Shown one piece after another: positions 1 through 8,704 of a stretch of 32,000 nucleotides of DNA (the stretch's first letter is position 1; each line of letters starts with the position of its first letter). This DNA comes from Patescibacteria group bacterium (GTDB lineage: Bacteria; Patescibacteriota; UBA1384; XYA2-FULL-43-10): positions 180,001 to 212,000 of the forward strand of contig JBAYVT010000001.1 of NCBI GenBank assembly GCA_041674405.1, read 5' to 3'. Made by a program: the position numbers and the translations under genes. The notes beneath the pieces are model-generated. The model was not told where the DNA came from. It was given only the letters and a program-made list of their open reading frames with translations, and did no database searches.

Positions 1-1517
1 GGCTGTTATTCGCATATTTTTCGGTTGTGGACGCAGATCTAACAAGAGCAGCAATTTGGGCAAAATTGAATTTTGCATCTGTAACAATTTTTATCATTCT
101 TTCATATTTTTTTGTAATTAATTTCTTTAAAAAGACTAAAACCACGAGAGCTGTCGATTATGCCATCGTGGCTTTTGGAACTGTATTATTATTTACTGTC
201 ACATTTTCTCGTCTGATAATTGACAGTACTAGCTCGGAAACATGGGGGAATCAAATCAATTATGGTCCTTTGTGGTTATGTTACGTACTTGCCATTAGCC
301 TGATTGGCGGATATTCAGTATTTATTCTGCTCCAAAAATATAAGGATCTCGACACTGAAGGAAAAAGCAAATTAAAGTATTTTCTTGTTGGTGTATTTTT
401 ATTTTTTCTTGGCAACCTAATTTTTAACGCTTTGATAAATTTGATAGTCGATTCAAATAAATTTGACTCTTTCGGTGACTACTCAATCCTTATATTTCTG
501 GGATTTACGGCGTACGCAATTATTAAAGACAAACTTTTTGATATCAAGTTGATTGCAACCCAAATTATTGTTATCGCGCTTTCGGTTTCATTATTGATTG
601 AAGTATTTATTTCCAACACGCTGAGCGAAGGAGCGATAAAGGCTATTATTTGGGGATTGGCAACTTACGGTGGATATTTATTAATCAAGTCAGTTCAGGT
701 TGAAATCAAGCAGCGGGAAGATTTGGCGGTTTTGGCAAAGAAACTTGAAAAGGCAAACGATGATCTTAAAAAAATGGATCAGCTCAAGGATGATTTTATA
801 TCGATGGCATCGCACGAGCTCAATACGCCTGTTTCAGCTATTAAGGGGTATATGTCCATGATCTTGGAGGAGGGGCTTGGCGGCAAAATCCCCGATCAGG
901 TGCGAAGCTATCTCGAGAAGGTATATTCTTCTTCGCAAAGGTTGGCATCCATGATCAAGGATCTTCTCAATGTTTCACGTATTGAATCTGGCAGAATACA
1001 CTTGATCTATGAGCAAAAGCCAATAGAAGAGCTGATAGACCAAGCCATTGGCGAGATTATGTCGAAGGCAAAAGAAGCCAATCATACCCTTGTGTTTAAT
1101 AAACCAGAAAAGGCGTTGCCGCTTACCTGGTTTGATGTGACAAGAATTATGGAAATCCTCATCAATATTATTGGCAATTCAATCAAATATACTGATCCGG
1201 GTGGCAAGATCGAAGTTTCGGCATCAGCCGAGGACAAGCTTATCACTGTTGCGATCAAAGACAATGGCCGCGGTATCCCGAAAGAAAAGCAGGACCAGGT
1301 ATTCTCCAAATTTACTCAGGTTGACGTACTTAAAGATGAGGTCAAAGGCACAGGCCTTGGCATGTACATTTCAAAAGAATTTATTAATCTCCACAAAGGC
1401 AAAATTTGGTTTGAGTCTGATGGCGAAAATAAAGGCACGACGTTTTACTTTTCACTGCCAATTTTGAAGGAGAAACCTCTCGACCCTCACGAAGGAGAAG
1501 GAGCCGTTTTGCACTAG
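1..1517 (+). CDS. Membrane sensor histidine kinase (multi-TM N-terminal module, HisKA + HATPase_c), 5' end truncated by window edge
   Basis: H-box 'SHELNTP', N-box 'NIIGNSIKYTD', G1 'IKDNGRGIPKE', G2 'GTGLGMYISKE'; about 7 hydrophobic helices. The frame stays open upstream of the GTG at 27 (LLFAYFSV-VDADL), so the real start is outside the window. Confidence 0.93.
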   Translation, partial: LLFAYFSVVDADLTRAAIWAKLNFASVTIFIILSYFFVINFFKKTKTTRAVDYAIVAFGTVLLFTVTFSRLIIDSTSSETWGNQINYGPLWLCYVLAISLIGGYSVFILLQKYKDLDTEGKSKLKYFLVGVFLFFLGNLIFNALINLIVDSNKFDSFGDYSILIFLGFTAYAIIKDKLFDIKLIATQIIVIALSVSLLIEVFISNTLSEGAIKAIIWGLATYGGYLLIKSVQVEIKQREDLAVLAKKLEKANDDLKKMDQLKDDFISMASHELNTPVSAIKGYMSMILEEGLGGKIPDQVRSYLEKVYSSSQRLASMIKDLLNVSRIESGRIHLIYEQKPIEELIDQAIGEIMSKAKEANHTLVFNKPEKALPLTWFDVTRIMEILINIIGNSIKYTDPGGKIEVSASAEDKLITVAIKDNGRGIPKEKQDQVFSKFTQVDVLKDEVKGTGLGMYISKEFINLHKGKIWFESDGENKGTTFYFSLPILKEKPLDPHEGEGAVLH

Positions 1518-1729
1518 CAAAACGGAATGACAAATTCCTAATATCAAATGTCTAATAAATTGGATATATTTCCGTATTAGTCCTAGGTAAATTGAACTAA
1601 GCTAGAACTTAGATGTCTTTCGATTGCACTCGGGATCAATGCCCCTGTCATTTAATGAAGTATTTGGGAATTATTAGCTTCTGTAAAAGATAATTCTGCC
1701 AAGTACTTGTGCCGAGCGAAGTCGAGGCA

Positions 1730-1758
1730 TTGACATTATGTAAAGTATACTTTACATT
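1730..1758 (+). promoter_or_regulatory. Candidate dnaK promoter: TTGACA (1730-1735), 17-bp spacer, TACATT (1753-1758), overlapped by perfect palindrome ATGTAAAGTATACTTTACAT (1738-1757)
   Basis: Direct reading; consensus -35, 17-bp spacing, 4/6 match for -10; palindrome covers spacer and most of the -10. Confidence 0.55.
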
Positions 1759-1782
1759 TATAAAGAAGGTCAATTTGCCGGC

Positions 1783-1841
1783 CTGGCTCCTTACCAAGGA
1801 GTTGCCTACCCCCTCCGGGCGGCTCCTTGGTAAGGGGTCGG
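1783..1841 (+). repeat. Long inverted repeat/hairpin in the dnaK leader region
   Basis: CCTTACCAAGGAG (1789-1801) is the exact reverse complement of CTCCTTGGTAAGG (1823-1835); stem extends outward with GU wobbles to about 1783/1841; loop about 21 nt. Confidence 0.7.
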
Positions 1842-1981
1842 GTCACCATAATCCAAAGCAGATTGGCCTTCAGCCAAACACAACCCGACTAAAGAACCAA
1901 AGAACGCAAGAACAAGTATTCAACAAAGTGGTTCTTGGGTTCATTAGTCCATAAGTTCTTAAGTTTCTACGAAGGAGAAAA

Positions 1982-3880
1982 ATGGGTAAAATTATCGGAA
2001 TTGACTTGGGTACGACAAACTCTGCCGTTGCCGTAATGGAAGGCGGAGAAGCCAAAATTATTACGACTGCCGAAGGCGGGCGCACTTGTCCATCAATTGT
2101 CGCCGAGACTAAAAAAGGCGATCGCCTCGTTGGGCAACTGGCCAAAAGGCAGGCTGTGACCAATGCAGAAAACACGATTTTTTCAGTAAAGCGCTTCATC
2201 GGCCGCAATTTTGACGACAAGGAAGCACAGGCTGACCTTAAAAAAATGCCTTACAAAACAATGAAGGCCTCCGACGGTTCAATCCGCGTTGTCATGAATG
2301 GTAAGGAATATAGCCCGCAGGAAGTTTCAGCTTTTACCTTGCAAAAATTAAAGACAGATGCCGAAACATATCTTGGCGAGAAGGTCACAGACGCCGTAAT
2401 CACCGTCCCAGCCTACTTCAATGATGCACAAAGACAGGCTACCAAGGATGCGGGCAAAATCGCTGGTCTTGACGTGAAACGAATTATCAACGAACCTACT
2501 GCCGCTTCGCTTGCTTATGGCCTCGATAAGAAAAAAAATGAAAAGATCGCAGTTTATGATCTCGGTGGTGGAACTTTTGATATTACCATCCTTGAGCTCG
2601 GCGATGGCGTTTTCGAAGTCAAGGCGACCAATGGTGACACTCATCTCGGTGGTGATGACTTCGATCAACGCATCATGGACTTTATTATCGATGAGTTCAA
2701 AAAGGATCAGGGGATCGATCTTCACTCAGACACGGCTGCGCTTCAGCGTATAAAAGAAGCCGCAGAAAAAGCCAAAATTGAGCTTTCTTCGACAACCGAA
2801 ACTGAAATTAATCTGCCATTTATTACTGCCGATGCTTCCGGCCCGAAGCATCTGACGATGAATATTACCCGAGCCAAACTCGAAGATATCGTCGGCGAAT
2901 TAATCGAAGCAACTCTTAAGCCATGTGAAACTGTGATGAAAGACGCCGGCGTTACCGCCAAGGATATCAATGAAGTGATTCTTGTGGGTGGTATGACCAG
3001 GATGCCTAAGGTTCGCGAAACAGTGAAAAAGTTTTTTGACAAAGAGCCAAACCATTCCGTAAACCCGGACGAGGCTGTGGCAATCGGCGCTGCAATTCAA
3101 GGTGGAATCTTGGGCGGTGAGGTTAAGGACCTTCTTCTTCTCGATGTCACTCCCCTATCTCTCGGAATTGAAACACTCGGTGGCGTGATGACCAAGCTTA
3201 TAGACAAAAACACGACTATTCCGACTTCAAAATCACAGATTTTCTCAACAGCAGCAGACAACCAGACACAAGTTGATATCCATGTCCTTCAGGGCGAGCG
3301 CGAAATGGCTGCTGACAACCGCACGCTTGGCCGATTTGTCCTCGATGGCATTCCTCCAGCTCCACGAGGCATCCCGCAAGTTGAAGTCTCCTTTGACATT
3401 GATGCTAATGGCATAGTGAATGTGAAAGCAACGGATAAGGCCACTAACAAAGAGCAAAAAATTACAATCACCAGCTCCTCCGGCCTTTCCGACGAAGACA
3501 TCGAGAAAATGAAGAAGGATGCTGAACTTCACGCCGAAGAAGACAAGAAGAAAAAAGAACTTATTGATGCCAGAAATATGGCTGACAGCTTGATTTTCAC
3601 TGCCGAGAAGACTATCAAAGATGCCGGAGAAAAAGCTGACTCGAATCTAAAGAGCGACGTTGAGAGCAAGATTGAGGCCCTAAAGGGAGTAAAAGAGAGC
3701 GACAACACAGAAGAAATCAAGACTCAAACCGAATCACTATCAAAATCGCTTCAGGAACTGGGCGCAAAGATGTACGAACAGGCTGGACCGCAACAAGCCC
3801 CTGAAAAACCGGAAAATGAAAGTAAAGATGGTGCTAGCAAAGAGGAAAAGCCAGACGACAAGGGAGAAGAAAATAAATAA
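1982..3880 (+). CDS. dnaK: Molecular chaperone DnaK (Hsp70)
   Basis: '[17 protein letters not shown]', '[20 protein letters not shown]', '[20 protein letters not shown]', '[13 protein letters not shown]'; SD-like aaggag upstream of ATG. Confidence 0.98.
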   Translation: MGKIIGIDLGTTNSAVAVMEGGEAKIITTAEGGRTCPSIVAETKKGDRLVGQLAKRQAVTNAENTIFSVKRFIGRNFDDKEAQADLKKMPYKTMKASDGSIRVVMNGKEYSPQEVSAFTLQKLKTDAETYLGEKVTDAVITVPAYFNDAQRQATKDAGKIAGLDVKRIINEPTAASLAYGLDKKKNEKIAVYDLGGGTFDITILELGDGVFEVKATNGDTHLGGDDFDQRIMDFIIDEFKKDQGIDLHSDTAALQRIKEAAEKAKIELSSTTETEINLPFITADASGPKHLTMNITRAKLEDIVGELIEATLKPCETVMKDAGVTAKDINEVILVGGMTRMPKVRETVKKFFDKEPNHSVNPDEAVAIGAAIQGGILGGEVKDLLLLDVTPLSLGIETLGGVMTKLIDKNTTIPTSKSQIFSTAADNQTQVDIHVLQGEREMAADNRTLGRFVLDGIPPAPRGIPQVEVSFDIDANGIVNVKATDKATNKEQKITITSSSGLSDEDIEKMKKDAELHAEEDKKKKELIDARNMADSLIFTAEKTIKDAGEKADSNLKSDVESKIEALKGVKESDNTEEIKTQTESLSKSLQELGAKMYEQAGPQQAPEKPENESKDGASKEEKPDDKGEENK

Positions 3881-3893
3881 ATTTTGGCGAATT

Positions 3894-3917
3894 GGCCCCG
3901 ACCTTGCTGGTCGGGCC
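3894..3917 (+). repeat. G/C-rich hairpin 3' of dnaK (GGCCCCGACC-TTGCT-GGTCGGGCC)
   Basis: CCCGACC/GGTCGGG 7-bp stem plus GG/CC after one bulged C; no clear T-run follows, so terminator status is uncertain. Confidence 0.5.
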
Positions 3918-3983
3918 GATTCTTGATAGAATTGCAATAAGCTAACAGCGATAAGTTAAGGATGTAAGCTTATAGGAGGGGCA

Positions 3984-4676
3984 ATGTTGGATATCTTCAA
4001 AAGGCCAATTACCGTCATTATCATTGTTGGGGCGATTGTGATCGCCCTTATCTGGTCATATGTTGACAAGAGAATTCAATCCAATAAGGAAGCTGCGGAA
4101 GCTAAAAAAATTACCGATGCCGCTCAGATCATTACCAATCTTACCAATATAGATCCCAAAGATTACGATGAATTAGTGAAGGCTGAATATCAGAAAGCAG
4201 TTACGAATGCGACAGCAGCTGATCCAAATAATGCATTTTCGGCGTTGGTGGTAGAATTGCCAGGCGACCTTGCCTTAAACTCGGGAAATGACAGATTTGT
4301 TTTTACTTCTCCGGACAATGCTGCAAATAACTGGACCATCACATTTTCTGAGCTTACCGGCAACTTTATTCGGGCAATAATTCCCAAAAGCGATTATTTA
4401 GGGGAACTGAAGCCGGTAAATACAAACCTATGGAAATTCCAATATGTGACGGCAATTCAAATTGCCGAACAAAATGGCGGAAAGACTTTTCGTGAAAACA
4501 ATTCTTTGACCGGAGTTACACTTACCCTGAAGCACGGAGACCCGAATAATTGGCTGGCATGGACAGTCGAATACAACAGCAAGGATAATAAATTTGTAAA
4601 ACAGGTTGATGCCAATTCCGGAAAAACGATTGATTCAATTTCAACTACCGGAGATCAAGCATCTTCTGTCCAGTAA
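3984..4676 (+). CDS. Hypothetical membrane-anchored protein between dnaK and dnaJ
   Basis: 230 aa, N-terminal TM 'ITVIIIVGAIVIALIWSYV', long exterior/soluble domain; 'aggagg' SD shortly upstream of ATG. Confidence 0.8.
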   Translation: MLDIFKRPITVIIIVGAIVIALIWSYVDKRIQSNKEAAEAKKITDAAQIITNLTNIDPKDYDELVKAEYQKAVTNATAADPNNAFSALVVELPGDLALNSGNDRFVFTSPDNAANNWTITFSELTGNFIRAIIPKSDYLGELKPVNTNLWKFQYVTAIQIAEQNGGKTFRENNSLTGVTLTLKHGDPNNWLAWTVEYNSKDNKFVKQVDANSGKTIDSISTTGDQASSVQ

Positions 4677-4774
4677 TTCAAATCTCAAATTTCAAATCTC
4701 AAAAATAAGGAATTAAATATTTAAATATTTGAGATGAAATTTTGACTTTTGAAATTTAAGTTTTGAGATATATC

Positions 4775-5437
4775 ATGTCCAAGGATTACTATAAAATTCT
4801 AGGAGTGGACAAGAGGGCTTCCGCCGACGAAATCAAAAAAACATATCGGAAGCTTGCTTTGGAATGTCATCCGGATCGAGGCGGAGGAGACAAAGCGGAA
4901 GAGAAATTCAAAGAACTGAACGAAGCTTATCAAGTTCTTTCGGATTCACAGAAACGGGCACAATACGATCAATTTGGCTCAACATTCGCAGGCGGACAGG
5001 GCAGCGGTGGATTTGGCGGTTTCGATTTTGGCGGATTCCAAGGGCAAGATTTCGGTGGATTCGGTCCCGAAGGGGCCCACTTTGGGGGCTTTGGCGGCGG
5101 CGGGCTTGGCGATATATTTGATGATTTCTTTGGTGCTGCTTTTTCATCCGTGTCTGCTGAGATTGAGATTGGCCCCGCGCAAGCTGTTCTCGGTGAAAAA
5201 ATTTCGATCAATGTTAGTGGTGAAAATATTGAACTAAATATCCCACCTGGCATTCAGGATGGAACTACTTTTCGGTTTCTTGGCAAGGGTCGCGCATACA
5301 ACAAGTCGGGTAAGAAAGGCGATCTCAATGTGATAGTGCACATAAAAATGCCTCAAAGAATCACACCGGAGCAAAAGGAGCTATGGGAGAAGCTTAAGGA
5401 AGCCGAATCAAAGAAGAAATCTTGGTGGCAACGCTAG
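4775..5437 (+). CDS. Reduced J-domain chaperone (J domain + G/F-rich linker + single C-terminal substrate-binding domain)
   Basis: '[34 protein letters not shown]' with HPD motif; GGFGG linker; '[21 protein letters not shown]...GDLNVIVHI'. No CxxCxGxG repeats. ATG at 4775 fits the conserved N-terminus better than the TTG at 4763. Confidence 0.93.
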   Translation: MSKDYYKILGVDKRASADEIKKTYRKLALECHPDRGGGDKAEEKFKELNEAYQVLSDSQKRAQYDQFGSTFAGGQGSGGFGGFDFGGFQGQDFGGFGPEGAHFGGFGGGGLGDIFDDFFGAAFSSVSAEIEIGPAQAVLGEKISINVSGENIELNIPPGIQDGTTFRFLGKGRAYNKSGKKGDLNVIVHIKMPQRITPEQKELWEKLKEAESKKKSWWQR

Positions 5438-5453
5438 CTGCGCTACGCGCTAG
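5434..5453. terminator. Hairpin overlapping the dnaJ-like stop codon (CTAGC-t-GCG-cta-CGC-GCTAG)
   Basis: 5-bp plus 3-bp stem with one bulge; no adjacent T tract, so a terminator role is tentative. Confidence 0.35.
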
Positions 5454-5456
5454 TCT

Positions 5457-5529
5457 AAAGAGAAAAGATGAAAGTGTAAAGACAATTAATTTGTTTTTTT
5501 AAGCTTTTCTCTTTCCACTTTACACTTTC
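5457..5529. repeat. Interleaved inverted repeats A-B-A'-B' in convergent intergenic region
   Basis: A AAAGAGAAAAG 5457-5467 / A' CTTTTCTCTTT 5504-5514; B GAAAGTGTAAAG 5470-5481 / B' CTTTACACTTTC 5518-5529. Confidence 0.8.
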
Positions 5530-5536
5530 CACTAAT

Positions 5537-5902
5537 TTATGCTGCCTCCGGCATTTGATCTTGCGATTCTAGAAATCTTAAATCATCTTCATCTGCGGCC
5601 GTGTCTTGACCCAGTGAACGCTCATTTTCAATCTTTCTTTGAAGAAAATGCTCGATTTCCCGCCGATCTTTGCCTTCTCGGAGAATTTTAATCATATTCT
5701 CCAGCGTTTGGATCTCGCTCTCGTTGATATGATACAGGCCGCCCTGTTCTCCATGAAGGGCTCGATCAACTTGCTGTTCACGATCGATTCTTCCCTTTAC
5801 CCGTTCAATTTCGCTCTCGAGATCCGAGATTAGCCGGTTACAGATCGACCGCTCCCGATCCACAGTTTCTTCTTCTGGAGCGGCTTCTGTTTCAATCGCC
5901 AT
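5537..5902 (-). CDS. Small acidic, coiled-coil-like hypothetical protein (possibly DksA/TraR-like N-terminal architecture, unproven)
   Basis: Start at MAIETEAAP (CAT 5900-5902) preceded on minus strand by AAAAAGGAGGGATC; highly charged helical sequence. The ORF track start (5953) is upstream of this SD. Confidence 0.75.
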   Translation of the reverse strand: MAIETEAAPEEETVDRERSICNRLISDLESEIERVKGRIDREQQVDRALHGEQGGLYHINESEIQTLENMIKILREGKDRREIEHFLQRKIENERSLGQDTAADEDDLRFLESQDQMPEAA

Positions 5903-5918
5903 GATCCCTCCTTTTTCC

Positions 5919-7322
5919 TTATAATTTGTCAATTTTAGAACTGATTGAAGCAAAATAATCTTTGATATTTTGATAATTTAAGTTTTCTTTGACCTCATTC
6001 AGCAACACCCAAACAGGAATTTCGTCGGTTTCTTTTTCTCCAAGATCCACTTTCTCTGATCTAAAAAGAAACATTTTACAGGTGATTCCTTTCGGGTTCA
6101 TTTTATTTACATACTCGAAATCGGGCAGATCAGTTCCATCAGACACTACAACCCCGGTTTCTTCAAATATCTCTCTGATAGCCGCTTTCTTTTCATCTTC
6201 TCCAGGCTCTAAGTGGCCTTTTGGAAATGAAAACTCATTGTTGTGACGCGGCCGCTGGATCATCAGAACATATTTTTTGCCTTGGCGCTCCAACACAACT
6301 ATTCCGCCTGATTTTAGAGTGTGCCCTGCTGGATTTTTTACTTTATTTGGATGATTCAGCTCCGAAAGAATAACTTTTATTAATTCTTCTATACCTTTAT
6401 TAGCTGCGGCAGAAATCGGAATAGCAACCACGCTAATTTCTTCAAATTGCCCGATTTTTGACTTGATGTTTTCTGAAGATTCAACATCGGTTTTATTTAA
6501 TACAACAATTTCATTTTTGCTGCTTAAGTTTTTTGAAAATTCCTCAAGCTCCTTGCGAATTGTTTTGTAATCACGAATCACATCGTCACTCATCGAATCA
6601 ATCACATGCACAAGCAAATTGGTGCGCTCGATATGTTTTAGGAATCGATCGCCAAGCCCACGTCCAGCCGATGCTCCTTCAATCAAGCCAGGGATGTCGG
6701 CGACAATAACATTGCGATCTATACCCTTAATAACCCCTAGATTCGGCGTAAGCGTAGTAAAGGGATAGTCGGCAACTTTCGGCCTAGCATTGGAAATAAC
6801 CGATAAGAGAGTTGACTTACCAGCATTTGGAAGGCCGATGAGCCCTACATCTGCGATCATTTTAAGTTCCAGGTTTAAACGTTTTGATTCTCCGAATAAG
6901 CCCTTTTTTGACCATTTTGGAGCTTGTTTGATCGAGGTGGCAAAATGTACATTTCCCCAGCCGCCTTGCCCCCCACTTACTGCGACGTATGAACCGGCAT
7001 CACCCGCTAGATCAGCTACCAATTTATCATCTTCAAATATTTGTGTGCCTAGGGGCACATTCAATTTAAGATCATCGCCGTTTTTGCCGTGCATTTTTTT
7101 ACCCATTCCATTTTGGCCATTTTCCGCACTGAATTTTCTGATGCGGTTAAAATAAGACAGATCCGATGTGTGTGAATCGGCAGAGATGATGACACTGCCA
7201 CCATTTCCTCCATCTCCCCCATCGGGCCCACCTTTTGGAACATATTTTTCATGGCGAAAAGAGGCAGACCCATCTCCGCCATTGCCGGCTTTCACATAAA
7301 TTTTCGCTTCATCAAAAAACAT
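5919..7322 (-). CDS. obg: Obg/CgtA GTPase with C-terminal Nudix hydrolase domain
   Basis: Obg fold 'FFDEAKIYVKAGNGGDGSASFRHEKYVPKGGPDGGDGGNGGSV'; G1 'GLPNAGKST', G3 'DIPGLIEGA', G4 'NKTD'; C-terminal Nudix box 'GHLEPGEDEKKAAIREIFEETGV'. Start set to MFFDEAK (CAT 7320-7322); the track extends to 7355. Confidence 0.95.
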   Translation of the reverse strand: MFFDEAKIYVKAGNGGDGSASFRHEKYVPKGGPDGGDGGNGGSVIISADSHTSDLSYFNRIRKFSAENGQNGMGKKMHGKNGDDLKLNVPLGTQIFEDDKLVADLAGDAGSYVAVSGGQGGWGNVHFATSIKQAPKWSKKGLFGESKRLNLELKMIADVGLIGLPNAGKSTLLSVISNARPKVADYPFTTLTPNLGVIKGIDRNVIVADIPGLIEGASAGRGLGDRFLKHIERTNLLVHVIDSMSDDVIRDYKTIRKELEEFSKNLSSKNEIVVLNKTDVESSENIKSKIGQFEEISVVAIPISAAANKGIEELIKVILSELNHPNKVKNPAGHTLKSGGIVVLERQGKKYVLMIQRPRHNNEFSFPKGHLEPGEDEKKAAIREIFEETGVVVSDGTDLPDFEYVNKMNPKGITCKMFLFRSEKVDLGEKETDEIPVWVLLNEVKENLNYQNIKDYFASISSKIDKL

Positions 7323-7328
7323 GACTTT

Positions 7329-7432
7329 CACAGAATGGTTATCACAGAATTTCACAGAATTGATTGCAGCATGGATTCATGAGATTCACAGAAATGATAT
7401 TTTTCTGTGTCTTTCTGTGTGATTTTTCTGTG
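7329..7432. repeat. Cluster of CACAGAA(T) direct copies and TTCTGTG inverted copies upstream of obg
   Basis: CACAGAAT at 7329-7336, 7343-7350, 7353-7360; CACAGAA at 7387-7393; TTCTGTG at 7403-7409, 7413-7419, 7426-7432. Confidence 0.85.
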
Positions 7433-7467
7433 CAGTAATTTCCTATTATTATATTCTATAATAACAC

Positions 7468-7494
7468 AAAATCCCTCATGAAGCTAGGGATTTT
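7468..7494. terminator. Stem-loop AAAATCCCT...AGGGATTTT between the CHAP gene and obg
   Basis: 9-bp perfect stem, 9-nt loop, positioned just after the CHAP gene stop (minus strand). Confidence 0.55.
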
Positions 7495-7532
7495 TGCATT
7501 TATACTACAGACTAAGGACTACAAACTACGGA

Positions 7533-8633
7533 CTAATATATGAATCCTCGAATCGCGCCTTCACCGGCAGATATTGTGCGGCGGCTGACTACACCCCATC
7601 CGGCATAATTCATCTCGGAAATCGTGAGTGAGTTTCCATTTACACTTTCGACATATGCAACATGTCCCCACCAAGATTCAGAGGTAACTACAATCGCGCC
7701 AACAGCCGGGGTTGAACCAGTAGACATTCCGCGTGATCGAGCCGAAGAAAGCCAGTTCTTGGCATTTCCCATGCTGGTCGGCATTGACCGGCGAGTTGCC
7801 ACATAATATGTGCAGTATCCATAAGGATAGCCGTTGTTTCGGCTGCCGGCTGGATGGCTAATCGAGGTTGTTTTACTTCTGCTTGAGCTCGAGGAACGAT
7901 TAACGGTGCTTCTGGAAGCTACGGCAAGCTTTGCCTGCTGAGCCGCATATGCGGAATCGGAAACCTCATAACCGGCTTGTGGAATTTTGATGGTTTGGCC
8001 AGGCTTAATAAGGTCGGAGCTACCCATATTGTTTACATATTTAATTGAAGCTAACCTAACACCAAATTTCCAGCCCAAACCAGTAAGTGTATCACCGGAT
8101 CGAACGGTATATTGCACAGATCCACTTGAGTTATCAGGCAAAGGTTCTTCTCGAGCAGTGATATTGGTATCAACGGTGGTTTTTACTTCTGTAAACGATT
8201 GGCTTGATGCCAAATACGCTTTTTCCACATTGACATGCCCGTCTGGAATCAGCGGCGTATATTGATCTACAGAAGCAGCTACAGCGATTTCTTGCTCCGG
8301 TTCAGCAGGAACAAGGGAATCGGAATTTTTTGCCCTTGCTTGCACCACAAAGTTTGAACCAACCACGATTAGAGTAAGAGCAGTTACAACAGCGTGCGGA
8401 AGATATTCCGAAATTATTCCGGTTTTCTGCATTTTTTTGAAAGCAGAAATATTCTGCCCACAAAAAATAGCAGTAGCCTTGTAACCGGTCGCTGCTAGCT
8501 TTTTGGCTTTCGCCAATTCGTCAAAATATTTATTTAAATGGTTTTTAGTTTTGGAAAGTTTTAAAGTAAAATTTTTGATTTTTGAGTTTCCGCTACGTTT
8601 ATGCGGCGGTTCTACGTCATCTTGTAAAATCAT
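7533..8633 (-). CDS. Membrane-anchored LysM + CHAP-domain peptidoglycan hydrolase-like protein
   Basis: TM 'HAVVTALTLIVVGSNFVVQA'; LysM 'YTVRSGDTLTGLGWKFGVRLASIKYVNNMGSSDLIKPGQTIKIP'; CHAP 'GYPYGYCTYYVATRR...VGAIVV...WWGHVAYVESVNG' with Cys/His. Confidence 0.9.
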   Translation of the reverse strand: MILQDDVEPPHKRSGNSKIKNFTLKLSKTKNHLNKYFDELAKAKKLAATGYKATAIFCGQNISAFKKMQKTGIISEYLPHAVVTALTLIVVGSNFVVQARAKNSDSLVPAEPEQEIAVAASVDQYTPLIPDGHVNVEKAYLASSQSFTEVKTTVDTNITAREEPLPDNSSGSVQYTVRSGDTLTGLGWKFGVRLASIKYVNNMGSSDLIKPGQTIKIPQAGYEVSDSAYAAQQAKLAVASRSTVNRSSSSSRSKTTSISHPAGSRNNGYPYGYCTYYVATRRSMPTSMGNAKNWLSSARSRGMSTGSTPAVGAIVVTSESWWGHVAYVESVNGNSLTISEMNYAGWGVVSRRTISAGEGAIRGFIY

Positions 8634-8704
8634 TGTGTTTTCCTACAACGTTAACCATTATATACAAGCCTCGAATTTTGTCAAGGCTTGAATAAAAAGT
8701 TCTA

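Noticed and set aside
1710-1729. TGCCGAGCGAAGTCGAGGCA as a palindromic repeat
   Set aside because: Only short, bulged pairing is possible and I saw no second copy in the window, so it is not supported as a structure.
1518-1981. CIRCE/HrcA operator or tRNA in the long non-coding region before dnaK
   Set aside because: No TTAGCACTC-N9-GAGTGCTAA match was seen and no cloverleaf or T-arm signature was found; the region instead has the 20-bp palindrome and long hairpin reported above.
1870-3937. Many antisense/other-frame ORFs across dnaK (e.g. 2348..2725, 2743..3042, 3245..3532)
   Set aside because: They lie opposite an unambiguous dnaK frame, have no recognisable motifs and look like shadow ORFs.
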